64,000 bases of DNA from Lama guanicoe. Its lineage: Eukaryota. Numbering within the stretch: the stretch's first letter is position 1; each line of letters starts with the position of its first letter. The position numbers and the translations under genes were made by a program. The notes beneath the pieces were generated by a model. The model did no database searches, was not told where the DNA came from, and saw only the letters and a list, made by a program, of their open reading frames with translations. Positions 11,470-24,559 of the stretch are shown piece by piece. Location of the stretch: positions 808,826 to 872,825 of the forward strand of contig MU053561.1 of assembly GCA_013239625.1 (NCBI GenBank). Reading direction: 5' to 3'.

Positions 11470-12700
11470 TTCCCTAAATAGGTTTTATTTGTCCCCCACT
11501 TCTTTACCTCCCATTAATTTCTCAGACCTTGTAGAATGGCTCCACCAGTGAAACAGTATAAAGGTTTGTTTTCAAACTTTATCCTACTAAATCTCTTTGT
11601 GGCATTAATTCTGATAACTTCCTCCCTCTTAAAATGTTTTCCATGGTTTTCATAAGACACTCTCTTGTTTCTCTTCCCACTTCTTTTACTACCCATTTGT
11701 CATTTCCTTTGTGGGTTCCTCTTTCTTCAATCACCCTTTCCAAAGAGCTGTTTCTCAAGGTTCCATTGGTGATCCTTTTTTTCCATCTTTACACCCCTCC
11801 TGAAGCGAAGTCCCACTCCATGCTATCCATCTCTAAGCCTGCTTACTTTGTGAACTCCAGGTCTTTACTGCGTATCTACAAAGGGATGTTTCCTGGCCGC
11901 CAAATGAGTAACTCCAAAATTCCCAAAGTGTATCCATCTTCCAGCTCCTCTTTCTGTCTTTCTATGCTTGTATTTATGATCTCCTAGGTCACGCAAATAG
12001 AAACTGCAGAGTCATCTTTTATTATCATTTTCCACCTTTTTTTTCATTTGCTTTAGTTCAGATTGTCTGGCTACACAACCATAATATGACAGTAACTTCA
12101 TAATCACCTTCCTGTCTCCAGTCTTTCTCACTTCTGAGATAGCCTTCACACTGATAGTAGAGTATTCTAAAGCAAAAATCTGTTCATTTTTCTTGCATAT
12201 TTAAAGTCCCCGGCTGGCTCTTCATAGCTAACAGAAATGACAATAAAAAGCCAACCTCTCTAGCTTCTCATTCAAAGAATTAAATTATCTGCCCCTACAT
12301 ACCCTTTCAGCCTCATCTCCCATCAGTCCTTCTTGCCTGCTCTAAGCTGCAGGTTCCTAGGACTACTTCCTTGTCACCAAGCACATGTCCCCATGTTTTC
12401 ACACCACTAGGCTTTAACACTTTAGTCCTTCTGCCATGAATTGCTTACATTCTTTTCACGGTTGGAAAATTCCTGATAATATTTTGAGACTGGGTCAAAT
12501 GGCACTGCCCTCATGAAGCCTTCTTCAGATTTACTAGTCATTTCCTACTCCACGTCAACCTGATATACATTTATCTTTATAATATTTGTTACGGTTCATT
12601 TAAAGTACCTGTTTACATGTCCATCTCCCCACTAAACTCTGCACCCATTGTTGCTAGGCCCCGTATCTTATTTAGTCTTAAATTCTCAGAACCAGGCACA
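11470..12700 (+). mobile_element. L2 LINE fragment
   Basis: Pyrimidine-rich L2-like sequence (gagtcatcttt…; catgaagccttctt; tgtttacatgtccatctccccacta). Confidence 0.65.
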
Positions 12701-13087
12701 CAAATTTTACTCTGTGAGTCATCCAAGGGATATCTTTAGAGAACTATTTTAAATTACATTACATCTCAGGTATGTTTTCTAAAATATGGGCTCAAGTTAT
12801 ACTCTGTCCAATTTGTAAAAACAAACATACAACCAAAACCTATTCACCTCCCAAAAGTGAGAGATTCATAAGTCTGTTAGATTTTGAGTGAGAGTTTTTC
12901 CTCAGTGCCTATTCTATCTGGATCACTTTGCTCAATAACTCACATGACGAACAAGCAAGTAATAAGCAGTAAAGTTGACTTTATTGGGCAACAAGTTAAT
13001 TTAGGTGGTCTTTGCGGGGAGGTAAAATTGGCAAAGGTTTAATGATAAATTAAACACAGCTAAAGAGAATATTACAATGAATGGAAT

Positions 13088-13425
13088 CAGGGTCAGCAAA
13101 TCTTTTTGATAAAGGGCCAGATACAGTAAATACTTTAGGTTTTGCAGGGCTGGGGTTTTCCATAACCATTCAATTCTGCTAATGTAGCACAAAAATAGCC
13201 ACAAACAACACAAATACATATGAACATGGCTATGTCCTAATAAAATCTTTATTTATGGATGCTAAAATTTGGATTCTATGTAATTTTCATGCATCACAAA
13301 ACATTATCTTCTTGAAACTTTTTTTCAACCATTTGAAAATGTAAAAGTCAATCTTTGCTCATGGGCCATGCAAAAAGAGGCAGTAAGTCAGGTTTGGCCC
13401 TTGGACTGCGGTTCATTGACTCCTG
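13088..13425 (+). mobile_element. MER58B-like hAT-Charlie MITE
   Basis: Terminal inverted repeats cagggtcagcaaa … ttgactcctg; internal aagggccagata…taaatactttaggttttgcaggg; ~340 bp. Confidence 0.85.
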
Positions 13426-13429
13426 AACT

Positions 13430-16400
13430 AGAAAATGGTTCAGGGCACAATTATCTAGAAATACAAATGGAGAGACAAAATGATGAAAAAGTACACAAGA
13501 GATGATAAGAGACATAGAGAATACAGTGAGAAGTCCAAAAGGTGTTCATTGTGAGGCCCATAAGAAAAGGAAAGAGATGACAGAGATTTTTCTAGAACTG
13601 ATAAAAACAGGTTCAAGAAGTCCAGCACTTGCCTAATGAAATAAGTGTTTCTTAAAGTTTACATGCAATGTTGATACATCATAATGGAGCTCCAGGCCAC
13701 CAAAATATAATGAAAAAAATTATTAAAGCACCAGAAAAAGAAGACAGATCCACTTTAAATGAGCTACAGTTAGACTTACAGCTGATGTTTCAACAGCAAT
13801 GGTGGAAACCAGAAAACAGTAAAATGATAACTTCTAGAAGGAAACCAAATAATTGCCCACTTAAAATTATTTATTCAAAAAATCCATCCTTTGAATGAAA
13901 AATCAGTAAAATTTTTGACAAAACCAGAGTTTATCACCAGCTGATCAGTTAAAGGAAATTCTAAAGGATGTATTTCAGGGAAAGGGAATATGATCTCAGA
14001 CAGATTAGAAAACAACAACAACAACTGAAGAGAAAGAAAAATGGTAAAAATCTAGGTAAAACCATAAGAATATTGATTATGTAAGACCATTATATTAATT
14101 CAGTATTCTTGGTTTTGGAAACTAGAATGAGAACAATGGCACGTCAATCAAAAAGGTTTAAACGGAATTATATTGTTCTGATGTCTTTACATTTTTCAGG
14201 TGAAGTAAAAGTTAATGATTAATATCAGAATTTGATATGTTACAGATGATGTTGCTGCTACCAAGATAATAATTAAGACACAGAAATAGAATGTGTATCT
14301 TCAAAGCAAGGGAAAACAGAATGATAAAAAATAATCAATCCAAAAGAAAGTTTTGGGAAAAAAAAGAATAAAAGGCACAAAATAAGATGTATATTTATCT
14401 ACAGATGTATCAGTAATTATGTTACTAATTATATTAGTAATTTATATCAGTAAATATATCAGTAATTATATTATAATTAATGGATTAAATCTTTTAGTTA
14501 AAGACAAAGATTGTTACTTTGGATTTAAAAACAACAACCAAATGCTATTTATAAGAGAAACATTTAAAATATAAGAATACATAAAGACTGAAAGAAAAAG
14601 AATGGAAAGTGACATACGTAGGCACCAAAGGAAAGCTTCTATATAATATTAATAGCAGACAAAATAACTTTGAGAAAAAAAATCATTATTAATGGTACAG
14701 AGAGTCACTTCATAATCATAAAAAGTTGAATTCACCATGAAGGTAAAAGAGTCCTAAATTTGTATATACCTATTTGGTGGTAGATTCCATCAAAAATTCT
14801 TGGAAGAAATAATTCTATTCTTACACCAACTCTTCCAGAAAATAGAAAAGGATTACATATTACCCAACTCATCAAATGAAGACACAATAACATTGATAGC
14901 ACAAGCTAAGTCAATCGAAGAAAGGAAAATACATGCCAATCTCATTTCTGAAAAAGGATATGAAAATCCTAAGGAAATATTAGCAAAGAAAACCTAGCAA
15001 TAGATAAAAAAAAAGAGAATATAAAATGATCAAGTTGGGTGTCCCCACTAAATGCCACAATGATTTAGCATTTAAAATAATGCATTGATATAAATTACCT
15101 TACATAAATAAAAAGGATAAAATTTGTGATCATCTCCATAGATACAGAAAGGGTGCTTGACAACATTCAACATCCACTCATGACAAAAAGCACATCTTTA
15201 ATGTGACAAAGAAACATACATCAACATCACAAGTAACAGAGAAATTTTAAAAACTACTCCTTTGAGGTAAGTGACAAGCCAGATATCCACTATCTTCTAT
15301 AATCTACTTATTTTTAACACTGTATTAGAGATTGTAACCAGGACAATAAGGCAGGAAAAAGAAATAATAGGGTAAAAGTATTGGAAAGAAAAGAAGCAAA
15401 ATTCATTATTAGAAGATGATGTGATTGTATATATAGAAAAACCAAAATCATCTACAGATAATCACATTTAATAAGAATTTAGAAAAGTTGCTGAATAGAA
15501 AATCAGTACATAAGATTTTTACTTCTGTATACCAGTCACAGTTGAAAAATAAAAATATACGAAAATGTAATTTTTAATAGCATTTAAAAAATTACTACCT
15601 GGGAATATACCTAACAAAAAATGTGCAAGAATTTTGAGGAGAAAATTATAACATTTTATTAAGAGACATTAAAAAAGCCCAAACAAGTGAAAAAAAATAT
15701 GATGTTTGTGACTGGGAAAAATGGTATTTTAAAGATGTTAGATATCCTAAATTGCTTTATCTTTGCTTTTATTTAAATCATAACTTTGTTCAATAGAAAC
15801 CGTAAAGAAAGAGAAAGAACAAACCACAGAATTGGAAGAGATACTTGCAGCATATATAACTGATAAATGAATAGTATCTAAAATATAAAAAGGATGCCTA
15901 TAAATAGGTAAGGAAAAACAAACAAAATCAACCTACCAGAGACAGATGCAAAAGAGTTAAAGAGGCAATTCATAAAAGAAGATATTTCAGTTGACCAATT
16001 AGCATGTTCTCAGGTTCTCAACCTTAAGGAAATGCAAATTAAAACCACAATGAAATTCCATCACAGACTCACTGGGTTCACAGAAAGAAGTATGTCTGAT
16101 AATATCAGGTATGACAAAGATGTGGAGCCTGGGGAACGCCCATACTGTGAGCGAGGACAACCCCCTCTGAAAACCGTTAAATTTGAATTTACACATACCC
16201 TATGATCCAGAATTCTATTTCGGCGTACTTAATCTAGAGAAACTCCTACACCTGTTGATCACATTACAAGTATAAGAATGCTCACAGCCACATGGTTCAT
16301 ATTTGCCCCAAACTAAAAATAACTCACTTGTCCATCAACAGTAGAATGGGTAAATAAGCTGTATTACAGTCATACAATGGAATATTACATGGCAAACGTA

Positions 16401-16745
16401 AATAAACCTGACAAAATTAAAAAAGCCAGACACAAACAAACAGACCCAGTATCAATACATTTATGGAAAGTTTAAAAACAGGGTTGAAAAAAAATCCTAA
16501 ACTATATTAGTAAGTGAGTATTAGACATATTCATACGTGGTAAAACTATACAGAAAAACAAGAAAGACTGGGACAAGAAAGGGACACATTATTCTGGGAG
16601 CTGGTAGTGTGCTATTTCTTAATTTGAGCTGACGTTACCCACTATTTGCTTATTTTTATACAGTACATTTAAGTTTTGTATATGTTTCTAAACGTGTATG
16701 TATATGACATTCCAAACGTTGAAAAAGCTTTAACAAAAAAATAAG
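13430..16745 (+). mobile_element. Ancient, heavily deleted L1M (ORF1/ORF2/3' UTR relics)
   Basis: ORF 14800-14997 (…LHQLFQKIEKDYILPNSSNEDTITLI…) is L1 ORF2 RT-proximal; ORF 13668-13898 is ORF1-like; 3' end motifs at 16000-16740. Confidence 0.8.
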
Positions 16746-17945
16746 CAAGCCCAGCTAAATAATACCATCGTTAAACTCTGCTTCACTTCATAAAAACATG
16801 ATTAAGAACAAATTTTGTCCCTTTGCATCATATGTTATTCTACAGTCAACACTGAATTCCTCAGACAGGAATCACCCCCACAGCTGACAGATGAGGCCCA
16901 GACTATTTAGACTCTCAAAGAGTCTGTGTCCAATAAATAAGAAATGATAGGAATGGGTGTTTCTCACAGAAATATCTGACTTTCAATAGTCTCTTCAACC
17001 AGTTTCCCAATATTTCATTTGATACTTAAAAATTTTAATAGAAGACTTAGATTAATTTGTTTTATTCTTAATTCTTCAGATAAAGAACTTGTATTCACAT
17101 AACAATAATGAAGATAACAGCTATCACATATTGAGTGCTTGAGTTTTAAATGAGAGTTAAAAATGTATTGTGTTCTTGCTACGTTCTTGTTGCACTGAAT
17201 ATGGGATCTCATCTATTCACCACTGCAACCCTACAGTGTAACATTTATAACTGTTTCGCAAGTGACATTTTCAGAAATTAGGTAATTTGTATATACAGCT
17301 TATAATCTAATGATTCTTAACTAGGATTTGAATGCAGATCTTTTTTATTCTGAACACTAAATGTTTCCTGCTATTCCACGCTGTTTTCCCCAAACAACTC
17401 AAAGTATGTCAGGCTAATGGAATGAGATCAGCAAAATATCGACTTCATTGAACAACTGCCCTGACCCCAGCACAGTGGTAAATATTACAGAAAATGCAAA
17501 AATGGTACAACACAGCTGAGAGTGCCAAAAGGTTGCAAGACATAAGGTCATGCCTTAAGGACCATGATGACATCCCTCCAAGCCTGAGATGCTGTGACTC
17601 AAGCCAACGGAGAAAATGGTGATCACACACTGAACAGCCAGAGAACATGCCAGACACCACATTAATAAAATCAAAGCTGTGTGATAAAGAAGCAGTAGAT
17701 TCTGCTGCCCTCTTTTTTATTACTTTCAGCTCTTAAACTCATGAGATTTGAACCCATGACTGACTTCCACATGTAGCTTAGCCATGGACTATGAATAACT
17801 ATCACTTCTATGACTACTCTAGGCACTCTCTGTTCTCACAACAGGACATTTGGAATTAGCTACTTCCATTCCTGTGATTAGACCCAATAGTGTCTAACAG
17901 AGCAGGTAGAAATAACAAAGACCTTCCCTGGATTATGGGCTAGAA

Positions 17946-18123
17946 CAATGGTACTTAATCAGAGGCAACCACTGATCCCAGCAGAGGTGAGGAATGCTGC
18001 TAAACAGCCTACAATGCACAGGACAACATGTCCCTCCCCAACCCCTACTGCCCCAACAATAAAGAATTCCATGAAGAATTATCTGACTCAAAATGCCAAT
18101 AGTGCAGGGTTGAGAAACCCTTG
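17946..18123 (+). mobile_element. MER20-like hAT MITE, internally deleted
   Basis: aatgctgctaaacagcctacaatgcacaggaca…aaaatgccaatagtgcagggttgagaaaccc; flanks ggctagaa / ccttagaa are a plausible 8-bp TSD. Confidence 0.85.
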
Positions 18124-18216
18124 CCTTAGAAGAACCTTTCAGAGAATCTCAGTGAGAACAGAAGAGAATTTGGGAATGTGCCCAGTGATTACAAAATTTA
18201 ACAGCAGAAAGCAAAA

Positions 18217-18245
18217 GCGCGCGCGCACACACACACACACACACA
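18217..18245. repeat. Compound microsatellite (GC)5(AC)9A
   Basis: Read directly. Confidence 0.95.
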
Positions 18246-18850
18246 GAGTTGGTTAGAAGAGATGATAAAAGATTTTAGTTTATAATAGCAACCAAAACCA
18301 AATAAAATGGCCAAAAAAATGGGCATAATTTATAAAAACAAAACTTTACAGTGCAAATGCAAAACACATACAATGAAATGTTCTTGGGAGCAAGCAAGCA
18401 ATATTGTAAAGCTGCCTGCCTGCTTTCTCTAAATTAATGTATAAACTTAATATGCCCCTGATTGTTTTCAATGCCAAAATGATTTTTTGAACTAGACAAA
18501 CTGATTCTAAAATTCTTATTTAAAAAATCAACAAAGAAAACAGGAAAGAGAAAATTAATGAAGGGGAACTATTTCTATTAGATAATAAAACAATATTTAA
18601 AGCTACAGATAATTAAAATAATGTGATGCTGGCATGACATAAATAGTATGGACTAGGAATCTCAAAAAGAGGCACAATGCCATGGAGATTTTATATATTA
18701 TAAAAGTAACATTCAAATCTGCAAGTAAATGATGTTGGGACAACTGGGTAGCCATCCGGAAAAACATAAAAGTTTGATTTACCTGTCATTTATATGAGAA
18801 CCAGAAGAAACAACAGAATTTTTTGAAGACAATATTAAAGTATAGGAGAC

Positions 18851-19928
18851 CATAAGCAAAACAAAAAGACAACCTACAGATTTAGAGAAAATATTTGCAA
18901 AGATGAGACTGACAAGTCAGGGCTAAATTTTCAGAATATACAAACAGCTCATACAACTTAGTAAGAAAACAAACAAACAACTCAATCCGAAAATGGGCAG
19001 AAGACCTAAACAAGCAATTCTCCAATGAAAACATACAAATGGCCAACAGGCACATGAAAAAATGCTTGATATTGCTAATTATCAGAAAAATGCAAATCAA
19101 AACTACAATGAGATATCACCTCTCACTTGTCAGAATCACCATCATTCAAAAGTCCACAAACAATAAATGCTGGAGAGGCTGTGGAGAAAAGGGAACCCTC
19201 AAACACTATTGGTGTGAATGTAGTTTGGTGTAGCCATTATGGAAAACAGTATGAAGAGTCCTCGAGAGACTAAAAATAGACTTACCATATGATCCAGCAA
19301 TCCCACTCCTGGGCATGTATCTAGAAGGAACTTTAATTTGAAAAGATACATGCACCCCAGTGTTCGTAGCAGCACTATTTACAATAGTCAAGACATGGAA
19401 ACAACCTAAATTTCCATCGACAAATGACTGGATAAAGAATTTGTGGTATATTCACACAATGGAATACTACTCGGCCATAAAAAAGAATAAAATAATGCCA
19501 TTTGCAACAACATGGATGGACTTGGAGATTGTCATTCTAAGTGAATTAAGCCAGAAAGAGAAAGAATAATATCAAATGATATTGCTTATATGTGGAATCT
19601 GAAAAAAAGACACAAATGTACTTATCTACAAAATGGAAACAGACTCACAGACATAGAAAACAAACTTATGGTTACCAGCAGGGTAAGGGAGTGGGAAGGG
19701 ATAAATTGGGAGTTCGAGATTTGCAGATACTACTATATATAAAATAAACACGTTTATACTGTATAGCACAGGGAACTATATTCAATATCTTGTAGTAACC
19801 TATGATGAAAAAGAATATGAAAATGAATATATGTATGAATATGTATGACTGAACTATTACGCTGTACACTAGAAATTGACACAACACTGTAAACTGACTA
19901 TACTTCAATTTAAAAAAAGGAAAAAAAA
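18851..19928 (+). mobile_element. Relatively young 5'-truncated L1 (ORF2 C-terminus, 3' UTR, A-tail)
   Basis: ORFs MANRHMKKC…[11 protein letters not shown]…[13 protein letters not shown] and [17 protein letters not shown]…MEYYSAIKKNKIMPFATTWMDLE are L1 ORF2 C-terminus. Confidence 0.95.
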
Positions 19929-20400
19929 TTCCACATATGAGCAATCTCATATGGTATTTTTCTTTCTCTTTCTGGCTTATTTCACTTAGAATGACATTCT
20001 CCAGGGACATCCATATTGCTGCAAATGGTGTTATGTTGTCGTTTTATGGCTGAATAGTATTCCACTGTATAAATATACCACATTTAAAAAAAAGAACATA
20101 AATACAAAACAGAAATAGACTCATAGACATACAATGCAAACTTGTGGTTGTCAAGGGGCCGGGGGGTGGGAAGGGACAGACTAGGAGTTCAAAATTTGTA
20201 GATACTGACAGGCATATGTAGAATAGATAAACAAGATTATACTGTATAGCACAGGGAAATATATACAAGATCTTGTGGTAGCTCACAGCAAAAAAAAATG
20301 TGACAATGAATATATGTATGTTCATGTATAACTGAAAAATTGTGCTCTATGCTGCAATTTGACACAACATTGTAAAATGACTATAACTCGATAAAAAAAG
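19929..20400. mobile_element. 5'-inverted (twin-primed) L1 inserted in the preceding L1's A-tail
   Basis: 19929-20083 is minus-strand ORF2 end; 20085-20400 is plus-strand 3' UTR; flanked by aaaaaaaggaaaaaaaa at 19912-19928 and 20405-20421. Confidence 0.88.
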
Positions 20401-20429
20401 TTTAAAAAAAAGGAAAAAAAACCCTAAGA

Positions 20430-21430
20430 TCAAAGTGGAAAAAACTTGTCTAAGTATGTCACAAAATCAAAACCCAGAAATCATGAAATAAAAGGTGAAT
20501 ATATTAATCTATGTAAATAGAAAAGAATGACAAACAGGAAAATACATTTGCAACTTTTACATCACATGGAGTTATCTCCCTAATTTATAAAGCAGCCCTC
20601 TCAATCAATAGAAGACCAATAACTCAACAGGAAAGTAAAGAAAGGAAATAGACCATCCACTCAAGAGGAGATCAAATGGCTGTTAAACCTGAGGAAAGAA
20701 ACCAACCTCACATACAATAAGGGAAATACACCAGAATGATTTACTTTCCCCCCCATCAGATTGCCAAAGTTGTAAAGTTTGTATTTGTGTGGGAATGGGG
20801 AACAGATACTCTCATACAGTGGTGATGGGTGTGTAAGTTGATAAGTTAGTTAGCTCTGAACTAGACAACCTGATGCACATACCTTTTAACTCAGGAATTT
20901 TATTCTACACATCTACTCACACATGTGTAAAATGTTTTAAGTTATTCAGTGATGCATTGTCAGTAATCAACAATTGGTAATATCCCTAAATGTCCATTGA
21001 TAGTGACCATGAAAGATCAGAAAGAATATAAATGCTCATGAGTTGCAGACTACAAGATTATAGCACATTCATGGTATAGATATTAGGCAGCCATAAAAAG
21101 TACTGAAGGGGTTATTTATGTGTCAATACGGACCAATCGCCAAACCTCCAGGATATACTGTTAAACAAAAAACGCAAAGAGGAGAGCAGTATGTATAGTA
21201 TACCACCACTTGTCTAAAAATGGAGGTGGAGAGAGGCACACGCACACACAGATATAAATATATATTTGACTGTATGTGCATTAAAATATCTCTGGAGTGA
21301 AACAGAGAAACAAGTAACCTTGGCTGTTTCTTCAGACTTGGTGACTACTTTATAGGAGCAAAAACAATACTTTTTGTTCATTGTATATACTTTGATACCT
21401 TTTGGATTCTGAACCAAGTATGACTATCAG
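20430..21430 (+). mobile_element. Old L1ME-like 3' region (continuation of L1 relics at ~18250-18840)
   Basis: Degenerate L1 ORF2-end and 3' UTR motifs. Confidence 0.65.
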
Positions 21431-21669
21431 CCTATCAATCAATCAGCATGATCTCCAGCTCTGGCCAGCCAAGTTTCCTGCCCTCTTTACCTACCTCACC
21501 TGGCCTTTTCCAGGCTGTCACTGCTGAGGAAAACTGGGAATAGACAGTTTAAAACATGGGGTTATCTTTCCTCTGTATGCATCAAACCCAGGCTACAACA
21601 CTGCATGGGTCCGCAACAGCCTGCTTTTAAATCCACAGGGGTGGAGAATTTAGCTTATTTTTAAACTGG

Positions 21670-21830
21670 ATGGAATTCAGAAAAGAACTGCCAAAATGAT
21701 TAAATAGACTGGAGAGACTGGTTCATAAAGAGAGATGAAAAGACCTAAAACGTGTGTAATTTGGCTAAATGACAACAGGGCCAGGCTGTGGTTAGCACAT
21801 GCAAGTATTCAAAGTGTTCAGTCACCAGGA
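21670..21830 (+). mobile_element. CR1/L3-like LINE fragment
   Basis: ttcagaaaagaactgccaaaatgattaaa…aagagagatgaaaagacctaaaa…tttggctaaatgac…caagtattcaaag resembles the CR1 RT 3' region. Confidence 0.5.
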
Positions 21831-23269
21831 AAGGAGAGGAATCGCTGAGGATGTAAATAGGAGAAAGATGAAAATACGGAAAGAAAAACAAAGGGTCTCC
21901 ATCTTTCTGTCTGTCTCTATCTCCAGAGCAGCCTCTTCAAAGCAATGGATGTCTTGTTCCCTGGATAACACCCTAGAAAATCTTTCCTTTTGCAGAGTTG
22001 CAGTCCTGCACCAGCTCCCAGGCCAGAGGGTGAGATGTTACCAAAGAGACCATTTATCTCTACTTCAGCTCCCCTTCCCCACTACTCATCTCCTTGAACT
22101 GGTGCTCTCCTGGGTCCCAGGGAGCACTTTGCTTGCTCTTTCTCTCTTCCTTATACATACTCAATGAGGGTCAGTCTTGGAGGGGGGGTTAGTACACAGT
22201 TTATTAATCATTCATTCATATTTCAAAATCTTGCTGGGTGCCTATCATGAAGCTGGAAACCAAGACGGTGATTCCTGCTAGTATCAGGGAGTTCACAACG
22301 GCTCATAAGAGGTCTACTCTCAAGAAGTGACCAGTGAGATGGCCAGGTTGATAAAGACCAGCTTAGCGGCAGCACTGGGCTGCACATTAAGCCCATCTTT
22401 CTCATCAGCCTCTCACTCAGCCTATCCCCTGGAGTGCACAGAAAATTTACTTCACTGCAATGCCACTGAAAATGAGTACCGTGGGGGTTATTTTGCTCTT
22501 TTGTAATCTATCTGCCTTGTCTTTTTAGATGCTATCTCTACTCCATTCCTTATTTTTCCCATTGACTGAACCTGCATCCATATTCCTTTGAGCTTGTGTA
22601 TCAGTGCACCAGGTATGTGTTTAAGGGTGTATATATTGATGTGGGAGTGCATGCAAGTATCTGCGTGTGCATGCATGCATACTCATGCACCAGTCTGCAC
22701 ATGCATTTCTGAGTTTATATTCATGTGCTGCTGTGTATCTAAGAAAATGCACATCTGGGTTCAGATGAGCCAAAAATAAGATGAGCCAAAAATAAAATTT
22801 AAGAAGCACTCGGGTAGGGATTCCAAAACTAATACCTAAGAGTATATTTTAAAACCATTTGTGGTTTATGTTTATTTAAATTTTCCCCTATTTATCAGAT
22901 GAAGGAATTGAGCTGTGGCTGAAACTTGAGCCCGATGTGCTTACTATTGGCAGCAGCAGGTGAGGCCACACCCCTGTGGGCAGAAAGTAGGGTCTGGGAA
23001 AAGAATTATTAAAACTCTCAATTATCCTGGAAAAGAGGCAGCTTCTGGGTCAGGAGATGAAAAATTGGCAGTTGGGCCCTTGGCTGTGGGTAAGGAGAGA
23101 ATGACTTCTCTCTGGGCTCTGCTTCTCTGGGGAACAGACTCTGAAGAGTCTAGAAGTGCCGAAGGGTTTTCCTACACGGTGGAGAGAAGCTAAGCTTAGC
23201 CATACTCAGCCAGGCCAGGAGCTAAGCAGTCCCTCAGTAGGAGAGGAAGCAGACTCACACCAGCTATGC

Positions 23270-23735
23270 CATAATCAGATTTGCCCACAGATGACAGAAA
23301 ACACAAACACACACAAAGAAGTCCAGGAGTAATTGTTCCAAGGATCCTGGGGTGAATTCACTGAGTAATTGGTGACTCCACTGAGTAATTGGTGACTCCA
23401 TCTCCTCCCCTCGGCTCTACCAACCTCAGCATTTGCTTCCAGCCTCAAGACCACCTCGTGTTCCAATATGGCTGCTGTAAACCCTGCCTTCACATACTCA
23501 TTTCAGGCAGCGGGAAACGCAAAAAGAAGCATCTCCCAGCTGTACCAGCCCCAGCAAGGAACCTTCTCAGAAGCCCACTTCCGTTGCATTAGCTAGAACT
23601 TAGGCTGGTGACTGTACCTAGCTGCATGAGAGGCTAGGAAAGATATCCTTTTAGTCTGGTTTATCGCCATCTCCAGTGAAACTGTTCTTCTACAATGAAA
23701 GAAGGAAGAGAGAATGGATATTGGGTAGAAAGCTT
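23270..23735 (-). mobile_element. MaLR LTR (MLT1J-like)
   Basis: caatatggctgctg…cagaagccc…cattagctagaactta…cctagctgcatgagaggctaggaaa…gagaatggatattgggtag. Confidence 0.75.
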
Positions 23736-24427
23736 TTCTGCAGTAGCTGGGCAGAAATGCGGCCTACAGCAAACTGCATGAAGATGTCCAACTGTTAGCT
23801 GAAAGACGATTCTGTTGTAAACTTCCTTTTGGTTATGCCTGAGGCTATACCAAAAAAGTAATATGAAGTTCTCCTCTTGATGTGCTGTGGGGTATTAAAG
23901 AAGGGTCTGTGTCCACTCTTGGGCAGAGAGGAGAGCAGTACCCAGAAACTATGGTGGTGGCTGCAGTGGCCTCAGAGAGCACTAGCCCGTGAGGAACCAC
24001 AGAGAATTTTCTGGAGCAGCAGAGCCATGTCACACTCAGGGACAATGTGTCTATGTTGTCACTACTGATGGGGGGACACAAGAAAGACATCTCCTGGAGA
24101 CTCCCTGAGAAGCACCAGAGGCTAAGAACACTTTGGAAGAGAGCTGGGTTCTACTGTCCCACAGGTGAGGTTACCCAGTCAATGAACATCATACTGCACC
24201 ACATTTGTGACCCCGTTTATAGTCATGAGCAGGTGAGGCCTGGAGGGTATCTGAATGACTTAAAATGGAGGACACATTTCAAAATCATATGCTTTGTAAA
24301 GAAAGAATTGATTAAGGCAATGTGGATGCATGTATTTTAGACTAAATTCCAGCTTTTTAAAGTGAGCTTAGCTAATCAGTGCTCACTCTGGCGACTGGTA
24401 CGCTGGGTGATTTTCAAAGCACGTTTT

Positions 24428-24559
24428 AGGGAGGGTATAGCTCAAGCAGTAGAGTCCATGTTTAGCATGCCCAAGGTTCTGGGTTCAATCCGCAGTACCT
24501 CCTCTAAAAGCAAATAAACTTAATTACCACTCCCCAACTAAAAAAAAAAAAGGCTTTGC
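24428..24559 (+). mobile_element. Vic-1-like SINE
   Basis: gggagggtatagctcaa…gggttcaatcc…A12; perfect 15-bp TSD tttcaaagcacgttt (24412-24426 / 24560-24574). Confidence 0.93.

Noticed and set aside
19039..19569. L1 ORF2 peptides as an active retrotransposon
   Set aside because: 5'-truncated and broken by stops and frameshifts; no intact ORF1 or ORF2 anywhere in the window.
22600..22750. Cys/His-rich ORFs resembling metal-binding peptides
   Set aside because: Artefact of a degenerate TG/CA-rich low-complexity tract.
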